DNA of 64,000 nucleotides from Anthoceros angustus (taxonomy: Eukaryota; Plantae; Anthocerotophyta). Made by a program: the position numbers and the translations under genes. Location of the stretch: assembly GCA_010909165.1 (NCBI GenBank), contig MU008162.1, positions 186,001-250,000 on the forward strand, read 5' to 3'. Under the pieces are notes generated by a model, which was not told the origin of the DNA, did no database searches, and worked only from the letters and a program-made list of their open reading frames with translations. This document shows positions 13,390-25,030 of this stretch, piece after piece. Numbering within the stretch: the first letter of the stretch is position 1; each line of letters opens with the position of its first letter.

Positions 13390-13910
13390 TCTATGAAGTT
13401 ACCTTCTTGGGGAAATTGTCCCCTGCCTGAGGTTGTTCGTATTTGCAAGCTTTGTTCCCTCGACACTAAATCTGAATTACACTTCTTCTTCTATTGCCCT
13501 ATCTATGCTTCTATTCGGGCTCTTTACACTTTTCTTTTTGAGTGTGTTAGTTTCTACTTGCACAATTTTTTCTCCTTTCATATACCTAAGCTCACAGGCC
13601 TATGTCTCTCTGAGCTTCTTGATTATCGGCAGACCCAGTTGAACTCTGTATAGATTTTTACCTCTTTTTTCATTCTCATAGTTTTCCCTCAATTTTTTCT
13701 CATCTCAGACAATCTGTGTCTACATAGTTCATATGTATGTAAGTGTACGCAGTGTTTCACCCCTTTTTTCATTGTACTATCTCTGTCCTCTGTGTCTACA
13801 TAGTTCATATGTATGTAAGTGTACGCAGTGTTTCACCCCTTTTTTCATTGTACTATCTCTGTCCCATGATGGTCCTTCCATCTTTAGTGCACGTAAATAA
13901 AGTTGTTGTT
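13390..13910 (+). mobile_element. LINE 3'-end fragment (RT C-terminal zinc finger, 3' UTR and simple-repeat tail)
   Basis: RICKLCSLDTKSELHFFFYCPIYASIR fits the CxxC..HxxxxC C-terminal motif of non-LTR ORF2; ends taaataaagttgttgttg; internal ~75-bp duplication at ~13715-13865. Confidence 0.7.
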
Positions 13911-13989
13911 GGTCTAAGGCGCCAGACTCAAGGTCTGGTCTTTGAAATGGGACATGGGTTCAACCCCCATATCTTATAAGAGTAGCAAT

Positions 13990-14200
13990 CCACTGAAGAA
14001 TCCATGATAGATAGATCCATTCAGACGGAATTTCCATGAGGGACGTGGCACTCAACAACTTGCACCATGGTGTGCCTAATCTACTTGCACCAAGGCTGTT
14101 CACTTCTTTTAGGCACCCCATTTAAGTACCAATCTACACACAGCTGCGTGCTTATAAATTTGTATCCATTTGGCCTAAGCCATTTAAAAAACAATAAATT
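13990..14200 (-). repeat. Second copy of the dispersed repeat at 2755-3085, inverted
   Basis: Reverse complement reads aaatggcttaggccaaatggatac...ttaaatggggtgcctaaa...ccttggtgcaagtag...gcacaccatggtgcaagttgttgag, collinear with 2760-2925. Confidence 0.65.
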
Positions 14201-14760
14201 TTTCTTCTTCAGTGAATTTCTATGAATTTTAATACTCTTATGCATACTGAATAATTTTTATCCTACTATTGACTTCAATAAATTTTTATCTTCTCTTCTA
14301 TATAAAGTTTTATCCGTTCAAAGACTTCAAGAAATTTCAATATTCTCTTTTATATACATGTCGGATCATTTAATATTCACTTTGTATACTTGTTGGATAA
14401 GTCTCATGCCAATTTTCTATGGACTCAAATAAAGTGGTATTTAATATATATTATAATATTTAAGTTAAGTTACAGACGGTTACCATTTGGATTGTCGAAA
14501 CACTTTGTTACGGTAACAGAATGTTGCAATTTCAATTGTCAATACACCACTTACTATTTCAGTTGTTGCGATTTCAATTGTCAATACATCACTTACTATT
14601 TCAGCTGTCAATGCATCACTCGATGTTGTGTCTTTGTCCGTGTGATTTGGTGTCTAATTCTCCATTAATTTCTTTATAATTGTTCATATAGAAGTAGAAA
14701 AAAAAGAAAGCTTTACTAAAAGAACCTTGGGCATAACCTTTTAGTAACCTTCATAACCTT

Positions 14761-15067
14761 GGTAACCTTGGACATAACCTTTTAGTAACCTTGCACTTCA
14801 CAACCTTGCCAACTAGGCCTGCATACCCAAGGTTCTTATAGGAAAATGTGTCATTGTATACATGAAAGACGACGTCAACCATCTACCATAAGATAAGTTA
14901 CATTCTTCATAATCTTGGTAACCTTGGGCATAACCTTTTAGTAACCTTGCACTTCACAACCTTGCCAACTAGGACCAGCCTGTATGCCCAAGGTTCTTAA
15001 AGGAAAATGTGTCATTGTATACATGAAGACGATGTCAACCATCTACCATAAGATAAGTTACATTCTT
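14761..15067. repeat. Tandem duplication, ~156 bp x2, with partial extra units upstream
   Basis: ggtaaccttgg(a/g)cataaccttttagtaaccttgcacttcac at 14761 and 14917; both copies end atctaccataagataagttacattctt. Confidence 0.9.
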
Positions 15068-15399
15068 ATAGCATGCTTAGGAAATATGAATGTTTAAAAT
15101 GTATTATATACTATGATTTGAATTTTAAACATTTTAACTTGTTAAACTTTAAATTTATATTGGATTAAACTAAACCTCACATTGAATTCAATACAAATGT
15201 AGCTTCACTTTCTATTGCATATTTTGTATAAGTTTGTCTTCACTTGAAAAGCCTTCTCATTTTCATTACATGATATTCTAGTTTGGGTCTTCTTCGCTTT
15301 TCACTACATAACTCACATTCGATTCAAAATGTTGGGATCGAATGTTAGGATCGAATAGATATAGGGGGATTTTACTACATTTTAATATGCAGGACTTTC

Positions 15400-17740
15400 A
15401 TCCCGTGTCTACTCCTCTTGTTCCTCAAACTACTTCTTTGCCTCAGGAGGTGTTGTCTTCTCCTCTTCTTACCTCTTAGGGTGTGGAATGTTATCAAAAG
15501 GGTGTTGGTTCTCTTATGTATGCTTCTCTTTCCAATTGTCCGATTTGTCTACAGCTGTTAATATGATATGTAGACATTCCAGCAAGCCATCTAATGTTCA
15601 TTGGTAATGGGCCAAGCATATTTTGCGTTATTTGCATAGAACTTCTGTTTTGGTGATTCCACTGTTAACATTGCTGCGCCTTCACGACTTGTTGGCTAAT
15701 ATGATTCTGATTGGGGAGGAGATAAAGAGACTTGCCGTTCTACTTCAAGATATGCTTTTTATGTTTTTAATTCTCTTGTTAGCTGTAGTACTAAGTCATA
15801 ATCTACTGCTGCTCTCCCTTGTACGGATGCAGAATACAAGGCAGCTGGCAACACATACTACTAAGGAGGCAGTTTGGTTGCAACTTCTTCTAAAGGAGCT
15901 TGGTTATGCTCAAAACAGCGTCTGTGTAGAAAGGGATTTCCCCTGAAACCCCTTTTTGCACACGGACGTGGCCGGACCCCTTTTTGCACTTGAAAAAATC
16001 TGCACTATAATCAGCCTTTTTGGTATTTCTCTGCATACATGTCACCCGCAACCTTTTGAATAATTGTTTTGATACATTATTTGAGATTGTAGATTGCAAG
16101 CACGTGGCAAAACTTAAAGTCCCATTCTCGCTCGGCTTTTTCTTTCAAATCGACTGTAATTGGCGCAAACTTGTGCGCGCACTTACATCTACACAGTCTT
16201 CAACACCTGGCAATCATTGCCAGGTGTTGGATGTATACAAACGTTTAGAGTTTTTAGGGCTTGCTGTAATTCTGGTGTGCAAACTTTGTTTGCGCACCAA
16301 CCTTTCATTCATACCAGTCAATCCTAAGACTATACTCTCGCTTTGGGAATTTTACAGGACTTTGTTTCTTAGACATTGGGACAATAATATCTTCGTTGAC
16401 CTGATGGTCTTGATCCGCGGCAAAGCGAGAGTGGCATGGTCTCGACTTGGAGTCGGGCCCACGCCAAACGTCTCAAGATTCAAAAGATGCAAAAGGTTCT
16501 CATTACTAGTTCAAAGTTTTAACCACTAGAAAAAAGACGAGGGCTAAGTAAAGATAAGAACATATCCACAATAGGGAGGTGCACCAAAAAGGTTGAAAAC
16601 GTCGAAAGGAACCCTTTAAAACAACAAAAATATCAAAAAATACCAAAAAATTCACAACATATCAAAATTTTAAGGTAAGTGCGCGCACTTCCCTAAAAAA
16701 ATTGGACTTTTTTGGGGTTTTTTTAGATTTTTTGCTCTTTTTTTCTTTGGATGAACCGTTTGGGAATGCACTAGGAGGCTTGAACCATATGGGTTCATGC
16801 TCCTAGGCCCTTCTTGACCTTGGGTGCGTGCACAAGTGTGCGCACCTGGGCCTCCTTGCCCCCGGGTGCAAGCATTTGTTCACCCTGCTAGGCCCCCCTG
16901 GCATGTTTGATGATAACCCGGTTCTAGATTCCCGTCGAAAGAGACGGAAACACCGTAAAGGATAAATAGGGGATAGGGTGTTCTTCGTCGTATTAGGGCA
17001 TAGGATAGATATATGAGAGCAGTCTAGGTGAACCTTTGCTCTGTCTGCTACTTGTTATTTTGTTGGGAGTTCCAGCACATCCTCAAACCTCCAAAAGGAC
17101 ATGTTTCCCCATTAGAAGATCATTTTTCGCGTTCTTTTTGCACAATGCGCGCACAAGTTTGGCATAGCATTGTACCAGGTACGTACTTGTGCGTGCCTAG
17201 GCCTACCCGGAATACAAAAACATAGAGAATCACATAAAATGCAGAAACTACAGACATGACGAAATTCTGGAACAATGAGGTCACTGACCCTTCATCACAC
17301 CGACTAAATCACCATGAATCTGATTAGAAGGCGCCTGCTTGGTGTAAATGACTTGACAGGAAGTGGCACCAGAGCTGAGAATGCCAGAAATCGATGGATG
17401 AACACCTACAAAAAACAACAAAAACCAAACCAACTTGAGTTTTCAGCGAAATAAGGTTGGGATTTTTACCAAAATCCCTTTTGACAGGAGAAACCCCTTT
17501 CTACACAGACGCTATTTCAAACACAATCTACAATTCTCTATGTGGATAATTAAAGTAGTCTCAAGGTTGCGCATAACTGAGTTTCATCAACGTATGAAGC
17601 ATATTGATATTCACATCATTATACTCGCGAAAAGATAAAGAAGGCGTAATCGATTTCCAATAGATGTCTGCAAGATCTATGAAGGCAGATGGTTTCATCA
17701 AAGTTCTTCCCTTAACAAAGTTCAAAGAGTTTGTGCAGCA
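15400..17740 (+). mobile_element. Degenerate Ty1/copia RT-RNase H relic, split by a TIR-element insertion
   Basis: YQKGVGSLMY, HW*WAKHILRYL and TKEAVWLQLLLKELG before 15916; resumes after 17514 with STILYVDN, EFHQRMKHIDI and KADGFIKVL. Confidence 0.82.
15916..17514. mobile_element. Non-autonomous TIR DNA transposon (~1.6 kb; hAT-like ends possible)
   Basis: Left end agcgtctgtgtagaaagggatttcccctg and reverse complement of right end agcgtctgtgtagaaaggggtttctcctg match 27/29; the copia RNase H reading continues across the removed insert; flanks gctcaaaa/tttcaaac are a weak 8-bp TSD candidate. Confidence 0.8.
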
Positions 17741-17799
17741 TTTGCGCGTAGTTCCTGTGACTGAATAGTTTTATACTTCCACAGCCATAGAAGATTTCT

Positions 17800-18141
17800 T
17801 AAACAAGAAGTCTTAAGACAGAAGTAGATTTTCTGGTGTCATGGTGACTTCTTCTTCTTCCTACTTCTTCACATTTGAAAGAGAGTTCGCAATAGCCATT
17901 GGAGAAAAAGCAAGTTTCTACGCAAGAGAGCGTATTAAGTTTGTGGAGGAGAAAGCCAAGTAGAACATAGTTTTCCAGTGGCCAACTCATAGTCCTTAAG
18001 AGACTCATGTGGACCAAAGGCACAAGGAGAGGCCCAAGTCCCAAGGCTTGAGGCCAAGAGAGGGGACCAAAAGTACAATGTCTTTCGCTCCTTGCCTTCC
18101 ACAAGAACAAAGCTATCCTCCTTCATGAGAACAACCTTCAT
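17800..18141 (-). mobile_element. Possible copia gag-like relic
   Basis: Fragmentary LYFWSPLLASS...KDYELATGKLCSTWL resembles gag helical segments; frameshifted, weak. Confidence 0.3.
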
Positions 18142-18677
18142 AGACGTTCTCTATACTTCAAACCTTGTTCCATCTAGCGTTGACAGATGAAGTGTCGCCC
18201 TAGATAATGAGTCGGTTGCTATTCATCTGGTTGCTATTCATCTCTTCCGTATTCCAAGACTAACTTTATCCCTTCTTTCTTCCAAGTCCGGCTATGAATG
18301 ATCCTAAGAATGAGATCATATTAATTAGAGTATGAAGATATTCCTACAATAAGGGTATGCTTATATTATTCCACCAAAGAGGATATACGTGACACTTACA
18401 TACACTAGCAAAGCTATGGATACCTTATCTAGTTGCGTTTATGTTATGAGCACTATAGACTCTAACTTATTTCTATGTTAGTAAGGCTATTTACTCAACC
18501 TAATAGGCTATTGGCCTTCTACCTACTTGGTCCTTGGCCTTCTCTATTCACTATCTTCCTAGTGTAGTGGAGCAGCATATGCTTGAATCTCTTAACGTAG
18601 GACATATAGGTACACAATATTGATTGGATCAGGACGCAAGAAGCATAGCATTCGATTTAAGAGGCCAATCAAGTGTG

Positions 18678-20117
18678 ATGTCCCAGAGAGGTGAAAACTC
18701 GCTCACTCAACCGTCGACTGCAAGTCCTGACGGACAGAGCAAGGGGAAGAAGAGGAAACTGGATGGAGAGAGCTTGAATACGGGGTCAGGGAGCATAGAG
18801 GGGACTACGAGAAATGCAGCATCTGATGCCCTCCTCCTTTCTCAGCACACAAAGATGGCAAATGATGACACGGTGTGCACACGACGGACTGAGATTCAGG
18901 TTTCGTTGATCCCGCAGTTCTTGAAATTAGGTCGGGATGTGTTTGGTGCAGCTTGGACGGCTCCGGGCAACATTGAATCCTATTTGAATCGGGCAGTCGA
19001 CCTGTTGGATCGTGGTCAGTTAATGCGTCGGGATGGGACTGGTGTGATCGTCATTTGTCCAACACGGGAGCGGGCAGCGCAGATTTATAGAAAAGCCACG
19101 TCCTCGCTCAAGCACCGTAGCCATGCACATGGATTGATGGGAGGACGTAACCGTGGGAGGGAAGCGGAGAAGCTCCGCGAGGGTGTTAATGTACTTGTGG
19201 CTACACCTGGCCCCCTGTTGGATCATATTCGGAACACCGAGGGCTTTTTGTACGAGAATCTGATGTACCTAGTCATAGACGAGGCTGACAAAATTCTGGA
19301 AACTGGATCTAAGGAGGATTTGAAGGAGATTATAGAAATTCTTCCCAAGGACAGACAGACTGCGCTTTTCTCTGCTACTCTGACACACGGGGTTGAGGAT
19401 CTTGCTCGTGTTTCTCTCAACAACCCTATTTATATTGGAATTGAGGGGGGACTGAAACACGGCTACTGTGTGGTGTCGAGCTCTATGCGTTTGCACTCCC
19501 TTTTCACCTGTCTGAAGGAGAGACTGAATAAGAGGGTGATGGTTTTCTGTTCTTCCTGTGATGCTGTGAAATATCACAGCAGGGTTCTGAAATACATGAA
19601 TATTCCATGCCTCAACATTCATGACCAGCAGAAACAGGAGAAGATAGCCACCACCTATTTTGAGTTCTGCAATGCCGAGGAGGGAATTCTTGTATGTACT
19701 GATGTTGCTGTCCGTGGGCTAGATATTCCGGCTGTGGACTGGATCATACAGTATGACCCACCTAACAATGCGGAGGAGTACTTGCTTAGAGTTGGCCGGA
19801 CACCTAGCAGGGAAGGTGCCGGAGGCACAGCTATGTTGTTTTTGAGACCTGAAGAGCTGAAGTTTTTGAAATATGTGAAGGGTGGGGTTCCACTCGACAA
19901 GTACTCTCTGGAACCAAGTGACACGCTGTCCAAATTGCAGACAGAGTTGGGAAAATTAGTGGAGAAGCACAACGAACTCCACAGATTAGCACAACAAGCG
20001 TACACATCGTATGTGCTTGCCTACAACTCACATGCTATGAAAGATATCTTCAATTTCCGTGACTTAAACCTGGCGGAAGTTGGTTTCTCCTTTTGTTTAA
20101 CTTCGCCACTCAGGTGA
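18678..20117 (+). pseudogene. DDX18/HAS1-like DEAD-box helicase copy, intronless open ORF with degenerate catalytic motifs (retrocopy or pseudo-enzyme)
   Basis: PTRER, VATPGPLLDH, LVIDEADKIL, LFSAT, VRGLDIPAVDWIIQYDPP, AYTSYVLAYNSHAMKDIFN are HAS1-like; motif I reads TAPGNI instead of TGSGKT and motif VI reads LRVGRTPS. First in-frame ATG is 18678. Confidence 0.75.
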
Positions 20118-20751
20118 ACCTGAAATTAGCCAGCAATGCGGCTGGCTAAGTTCAACAAGAATGGTTAAAATACTGAGATCAGAAGGAGAAGCAACCCCGG
20201 ACCAAGGGCCCGCTAAGGTCACGGGTTTAGTGCTCCCAATCCTTATGGGAGCGTCCATAAAGTGACAAACGGCAGTTCTCGGCTATGAGCTCCATGGATT
20301 GTCAAATGTTTTTAGCTCTCGTTGTATTTGTTCAAGGTTACCAACCTGTTGGAGAATGAATTGGGCACTGCAACAGACAGTGCAGTTTGTCAATCTCGTT
20401 GTAGTAATCTCCTTGGACCTCGTGATGAAATGAAGGATAATCATTCTATGGGAGCTTGAAAGGTGCCAGTAATGCCGGTAGTGCCGGTCAGAGGAAGAGT
20501 CTAACAAGAATCGTCCAGGGACCCCTATCGGGAGATGTGGGAGTAACAACAACCTATGACAGGAAGCCCAGGGAGCATGGCTAGACCTTCTTTCTCCTCA
20601 TCATGCGGTCCACTAATGGATAGTAACCATTTTCACCCAAGCAACTTTCTTCATATGGCGTGCAAACAGTTGGGCACTGGATAGACCTTCATTATCCCTA
20701 CTATGCCGTCCTTGGTCGACTATAATAGAACTGTTTTTCCTGTCTGCACGG

Positions 20752-23454
20752 TCAACCCTTACAACTGCAACAACCAGCTGCGAATCGATGCACACGGTAG
20801 CCATCCCTTACAACAATGTCTCTCTGTTCAAGCCGTGACATAATCTCCGTGGAGCTGTGGCAGTCGCTGCACATGCGTAGATTCTTCGTTACCACCAGAG
20901 GTGTCCCACTAGGAGTGTTCAAGAGACCAAACGCCAGAGCTAGCTTCTCAGCATGCCCACAAAGCACATCTTCCTTTTCCTTCTCACACAGTGGCTTCAA
21001 CACCAACTTCGTGTGAGGTACGTGGCCTCCTTCCTGCTTCAGACGTACACTTGTACTCTCTACCTTAAGCGCAATATCCTCTCTGGCTTCCCCCACCAGA
21101 AATCTATGTACCTCCTTATTCACTTCAATGCTCGCCACTGCAGGTTTCTTGTTAGCTCCTGCTGCCCTTCTCTGTCTTTCAATCCTGTCTACATCGGTCC
21201 ACCTCCCTGCATCTGCGTAGGCATTGGCCATGAGCACATATGCGGCTGCCTCCTTGGGGTCTAGCTCAACAATGCTTTCAAAACACCACGTCGCTCTCTC
21301 TATATCCCCATGACTCTTGCAGGCATTCAGCAAAGACATCAAACCCACGACATCCCTTTTGCCCTCACATGACAACAGCATCTTCTGGGCCGCATCTAAG
21401 TGGCCCGCACGCCCAAGAAGATCAATCATGCAGGTGTAATGCTCAATAGTAGGTTTGATGCCATGCTGTTCAGTCATGGAATCAAAGAGTTTGCGACCCT
21501 CGTGAACCAGTCCCTGATGACTGCATGCAACTAGAAGGCAACTAAAAGTAGCACCATTAGGCTGAATACCGGCAACTAACATCTCCTCAAAACAGGCTAG
21601 TGCTCTGTGGCCGTCATCACAAATACCATACCCAGATATCAGTGCCGTCCATGTAACCACATCCTTTGTGGCCATGCCGTCAAACACCTGGCGTGCATTT
21701 CTCAGTTCACCACATTTTGCATACATGTCTACCAGGCAGCTGCCCAACACTACGTTATCCAACAATCCTCTTTCCACAATCTGTGAGTGCAGCTGCGTGC
21801 CCGTCTGTAAGGCACCAGTGCTTGAACAGGCCTTCAGAAGGCAAGCAAAAGTAACATGGTCAGCCAAAACAAGGCCCCCCTCCTCCATTTGTCTATACAG
21901 AAAAAGCGACTCATGTCCAAGCCCTTGCTCGGCGTACCCAGCAATCAGCACCGTCCATGTCACCACATCCCTCGTGGCCATGCTGTCAAAAACCTGGCGT
22001 GCATCTTTCAGTTCACCACACTTTGCATACATGTCCACCAGGCAGTTGCCCACCACTACGTCATCCAGCAGTCCCCTTTTCACAATCTGTGAGTGCAGCT
22101 GCCTGCCCTTCTGTAAGGCACCAGTGCTTGCACAGGCCTTCAGAAGGCAAGAAAAAGTAACATGATCACCCAAAATAAGGCCCGCCTTCTCCATTTTTCC
22201 ATACAGAAGAAGCGCCTCATGTCCAAGCCCGTGCTCAGCATACCCAGCTATCAGAGCATTCCATGTCACCACATTCTTAGTGTTCACGCTGTCAAAAACC
22301 TGGCGTGCATCATCCAGTTCACCAAATTTTGCATACCCAGCTATCAGGGCATTCCATGTCACCACATTCTTCGTGGCCATGCCATCAAAAACCTGGCGTG
22401 CAGCTTTCAGATCACCACACTTTGCATACATGTCCACCAGGCAGGTGCCAACAAACACGTTCAGGGGAATCCCACTGTGCAATACATCACAATGCACTTT
22501 CCTGCCAGATTCCAAGTCCGCCGCAAACGTACAAGCTTGGAGGGCAGCTACAAAGACGTGGGCATCCGCATTCACTCCTGACCTGCCCATCTTATGGTAC
22601 AGCTGTATGGCCTCCTTAGGTTTCCCATGCTTGGCATATGCAGAGATGATGGAAACCCACATGAAAGCATCTGGTTTGGCCACCCTGGTGAACACATCCA
22701 TGGCCTCCTGCAGCCTACCTCCGCTTGCATACATGCGCAAGATATGGTTCCCCAAGTAGGCATCCGACTCGTACCCGAGTTTGAAAGTGAGGTCATGAAC
22801 TCGCCGCCCCACAGCCAGATCCTTCTTAGCTGTACACAGTTTCAGCACGGTGTAAAACAGAGACTGAGAAATAGCAACAGCAGAGTCTGTCAGCGCCAAA
22901 GATTCCAGGGCTCCCACGGCCTCAGAAAGCTTCCCCTGCTGACATAACGTGCTCACGGTTACAGCCGTAACGACGCCCATATCCAATTCTGCACGCCTTC
23001 CAGGTTCAGGCTTATCCGGAAAGGGAGAGCTCCACTTGGAAGGAGAGGCACCATGACCCATCTGCATATCCAAGGAAACGAGCTGCTCATCAACCCAAGC
23101 TGGCTTAAACAAGTTGTCTAACCACAGCACCTCGCCGGACCCCTTACGCCGGAAATCAGGCGAACGGGAGCTCTTCTTGTCTGGTCTCCTGTCCCACCAC
23201 ATGGTAGGATCCAGAAACAATTGTTGCCACAAGTGCTCCTGCTCCTGGCGACGACCATCGATCCACAACCCGTCCCCAGCCACACATTTTCTCGGAAGCG
23301 GAAATGCTGGGCTCCTTACACTGCTACACATGGAGGCTTGGTTGGTTGCCGTGGATTGACTCCCTGAGGCTGCGATGGGCTTGGCAGGAGCTTCTCGTAG
23401 AATCCCAGCACACCCACCAATTTGTTGGGTCGACAATAGTCTCCCCCGACGCAT
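20752..23454 (-). CDS. PDF-motif + PLS-PPR + DYW:KP (GRP-like) RNA-editing factor, intronless
   Basis: WWDRRPDKKSSRSPDFRRKGSGEVLWL motif; PLS array; KKPAVASIEV box; HAEKLA, NLRMCSDCH; ends CSCKG* followed by a Pro codon. Confidence 0.93.
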   Translation of the reverse strand: MRRGRLLSTQQIGGCAGILREAPAKPIAASGSQSTATNQASMCSSVRSPAFPLPRKCVAGDGLWIDGRRQEQEHLWQQLFLDPTMWWDRRPDKKSSRSPDFRRKGSGEVLWLDNLFKPAWVDEQLVSLDMQMGHGASPSKWSSPFPDKPEPGRRAELDMGVVTAVTVSTLCQQGKLSEAVGALESLALTDSAVAISQSLFYTVLKLCTAKKDLAVGRRVHDLTFKLGYESDAYLGNHILRMYASGGRLQEAMDVFTRVAKPDAFMWVSIISAYAKHGKPKEAIQLYHKMGRSGVNADAHVFVAALQACTFAADLESGRKVHCDVLHSGIPLNVFVGTCLVDMYAKCGDLKAARQVFDGMATKNVVTWNALIAGYAKFGELDDARQVFDSVNTKNVVTWNALIAGYAEHGLGHEALLLYGKMEKAGLILGDHVTFSCLLKACASTGALQKGRQLHSQIVKRGLLDDVVVGNCLVDMYAKCGELKDARQVFDSMATRDVVTWTVLIAGYAEQGLGHESLFLYRQMEEGGLVLADHVTFACLLKACSSTGALQTGTQLHSQIVERGLLDNVVLGSCLVDMYAKCGELRNARQVFDGMATKDVVTWTALISGYGICDDGHRALACFEEMLVAGIQPNGATFSCLLVACSHQGLVHEGRKLFDSMTEQHGIKPTIEHYTCMIDLLGRAGHLDAAQKMLLSCEGKRDVVGLMSLLNACKSHGDIERATWCFESIVELDPKEAAAYVLMANAYADAGRWTDVDRIERQRRAAGANKKPAVASIEVNKEVHRFLVGEAREDIALKVESTSVRLKQEGGHVPHTKLVLKPLCEKEKEDVLCGHAEKLALAFGLLNTPSGTPLVVTKNLRMCSDCHSSTEIMSRLEQRDIVVRDGYRVHRFAAGCCSCKG

Positions 23455-24739
23455 CGCCTTGGCCTGGAGCCCACAACCAGGACGGTGGAAGGCAAGTGTA
23501 CATAGGGTGCCACCAAATTAGGTTTCCATGGTTTGGTGGAAAATCCAAACTCATCTACCTCTTCCACCTTTCCCATCGTCTGTCCAGTGCGAATTGTACT
23601 TCCGACCCATACACCCTCTCTTATGCTCCCACACAGTTTTGGGCTGCTCCTCTGTGCGTAGCGTGGGTGTGACACTGTGAATATACCCACACTACACACA
23701 GTGTCACCCAGTCCCAGTAGTGCACGTTCACAGTTGCTTAGTTTCAGTCGACTGTGGAAGCAAGGCAAGAGATGTGGCCGGAACTGGGACGATTGGGAGT
23801 TATGGCATATTCCACCGGTCCCAGTGCTCAGCAAGCAGCAGGCAGCACGTACATTCCAGCATCAGACCCAGCATCAAACCCGGCCCAGCATCAACATAAC
23901 ATTACTGTTGTACCCATCAGAGCCATCCCAATGCCTCAATTGGTCTCGTTAACGTCTTAACCTGTCCGCTGTGCCCACACTCATCCATGGATGCATACGC
24001 ACGATGGCAATGCATGCATCAGTACTAGTGTGCGTGAAAGCCGGCGACACATTCCATGCATGTCTAATGTCTCTTGGGCACGCCCTTCATCATTCACGCG
24101 CCCCTAAATCGCGAGGCGCCAGCCAGCTCCGGTACCAATCGGAATCGGCAGAGGCAGCAGCACCCATCAGAGCAATTTGCAAGCATGGGCTCCGGGGCAG
24201 TTTCCATGATGTGGATCTGTCTTGTGCTGCATGCTTGGGTCGATTCGGCCGAAGAAAAGATGCCGAGGAGCTGGCCCGATGAAAAGGCAGCTGACAGCTT
24301 TGTGGGCTCTACAGGGGAAGGAGGAGGTATAGCCCGAAGCGGAAACGACGAGGAGGGGACGGGACGGAACAGGGGAAGTAGGAGGTATAGCGGAGGGCGG
24401 ACGGAAGCCCTTGTCCAATCCCAGAAGCGGAACGGAAACGGAAACGGAAAGGGGATCCGGAACTGTTGGTACTACAGGGTGGGGAGACTCAGCCGCCCAG
24501 AATTCATCAATGCGGCGCGAGGAAGCTCGAGTCCACCGACGGGCTTCCGGTGCGTCTGTTACGGGAGATGGAGGAGGTATAGCAAAGGGCGGACGGAAGC
24601 TCTTGGGGGGAACGGAAACGGGACCTGGTGGTACACACCACACTAGGAGCTGTTGGAGGCCTAGGGAACAGGAACGGGAACGGGCCAAGGACAAGGTGCC
24701 AAGCTCCACGCCATAACAAAATTAAAAAAAAGGTAGAAT

Positions 24740-25030
24740 ACCATCTTGACTACCTAGGCTAGAGATAGAATACATCTTGACTACCTAGGCTAGAGGTCGA
24801 TGTGGTCGTTCCTCGAGCCTTCTGGTTTGGAAAGGATCCTATTAGGGAGTGCATATTGATTATGATTTTTCACTCTATAGATGATCACCTCCAGGTTATG
24901 TTTCACTCTATAGATGATCACCTCCAGGTTATGAAGGCTAGATCTATGTTACAGACAACTCAGTTATATATCAATGAGGATCTTACATCATTGCAACTCA
25001 GTTATATATCAATGAGGATCTTACACCATT
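24740..25030. repeat. Cluster of short tandem duplications (~31, 30 and 38 bp)
   Basis: catcttgactacctaggctagag x2; tttcactctatagatgatcacctccaggttatg x2; caactcagttatatatcaatgaggatcttac x2. Confidence 0.8.

Noticed and set aside
20752-20754. Selenocysteine recoding of the TGA in the GRP-like PPR
   Set aside because: The aligned residue is Arg, land plants lack Sec machinery, and no SECIS was seen.
24074-24716. Overlapping Gly/Arg-rich ORFs
   Set aside because: Imperfect purine-rich repeats (ggaggtatag, ggaacgg) with no domain or splice support.
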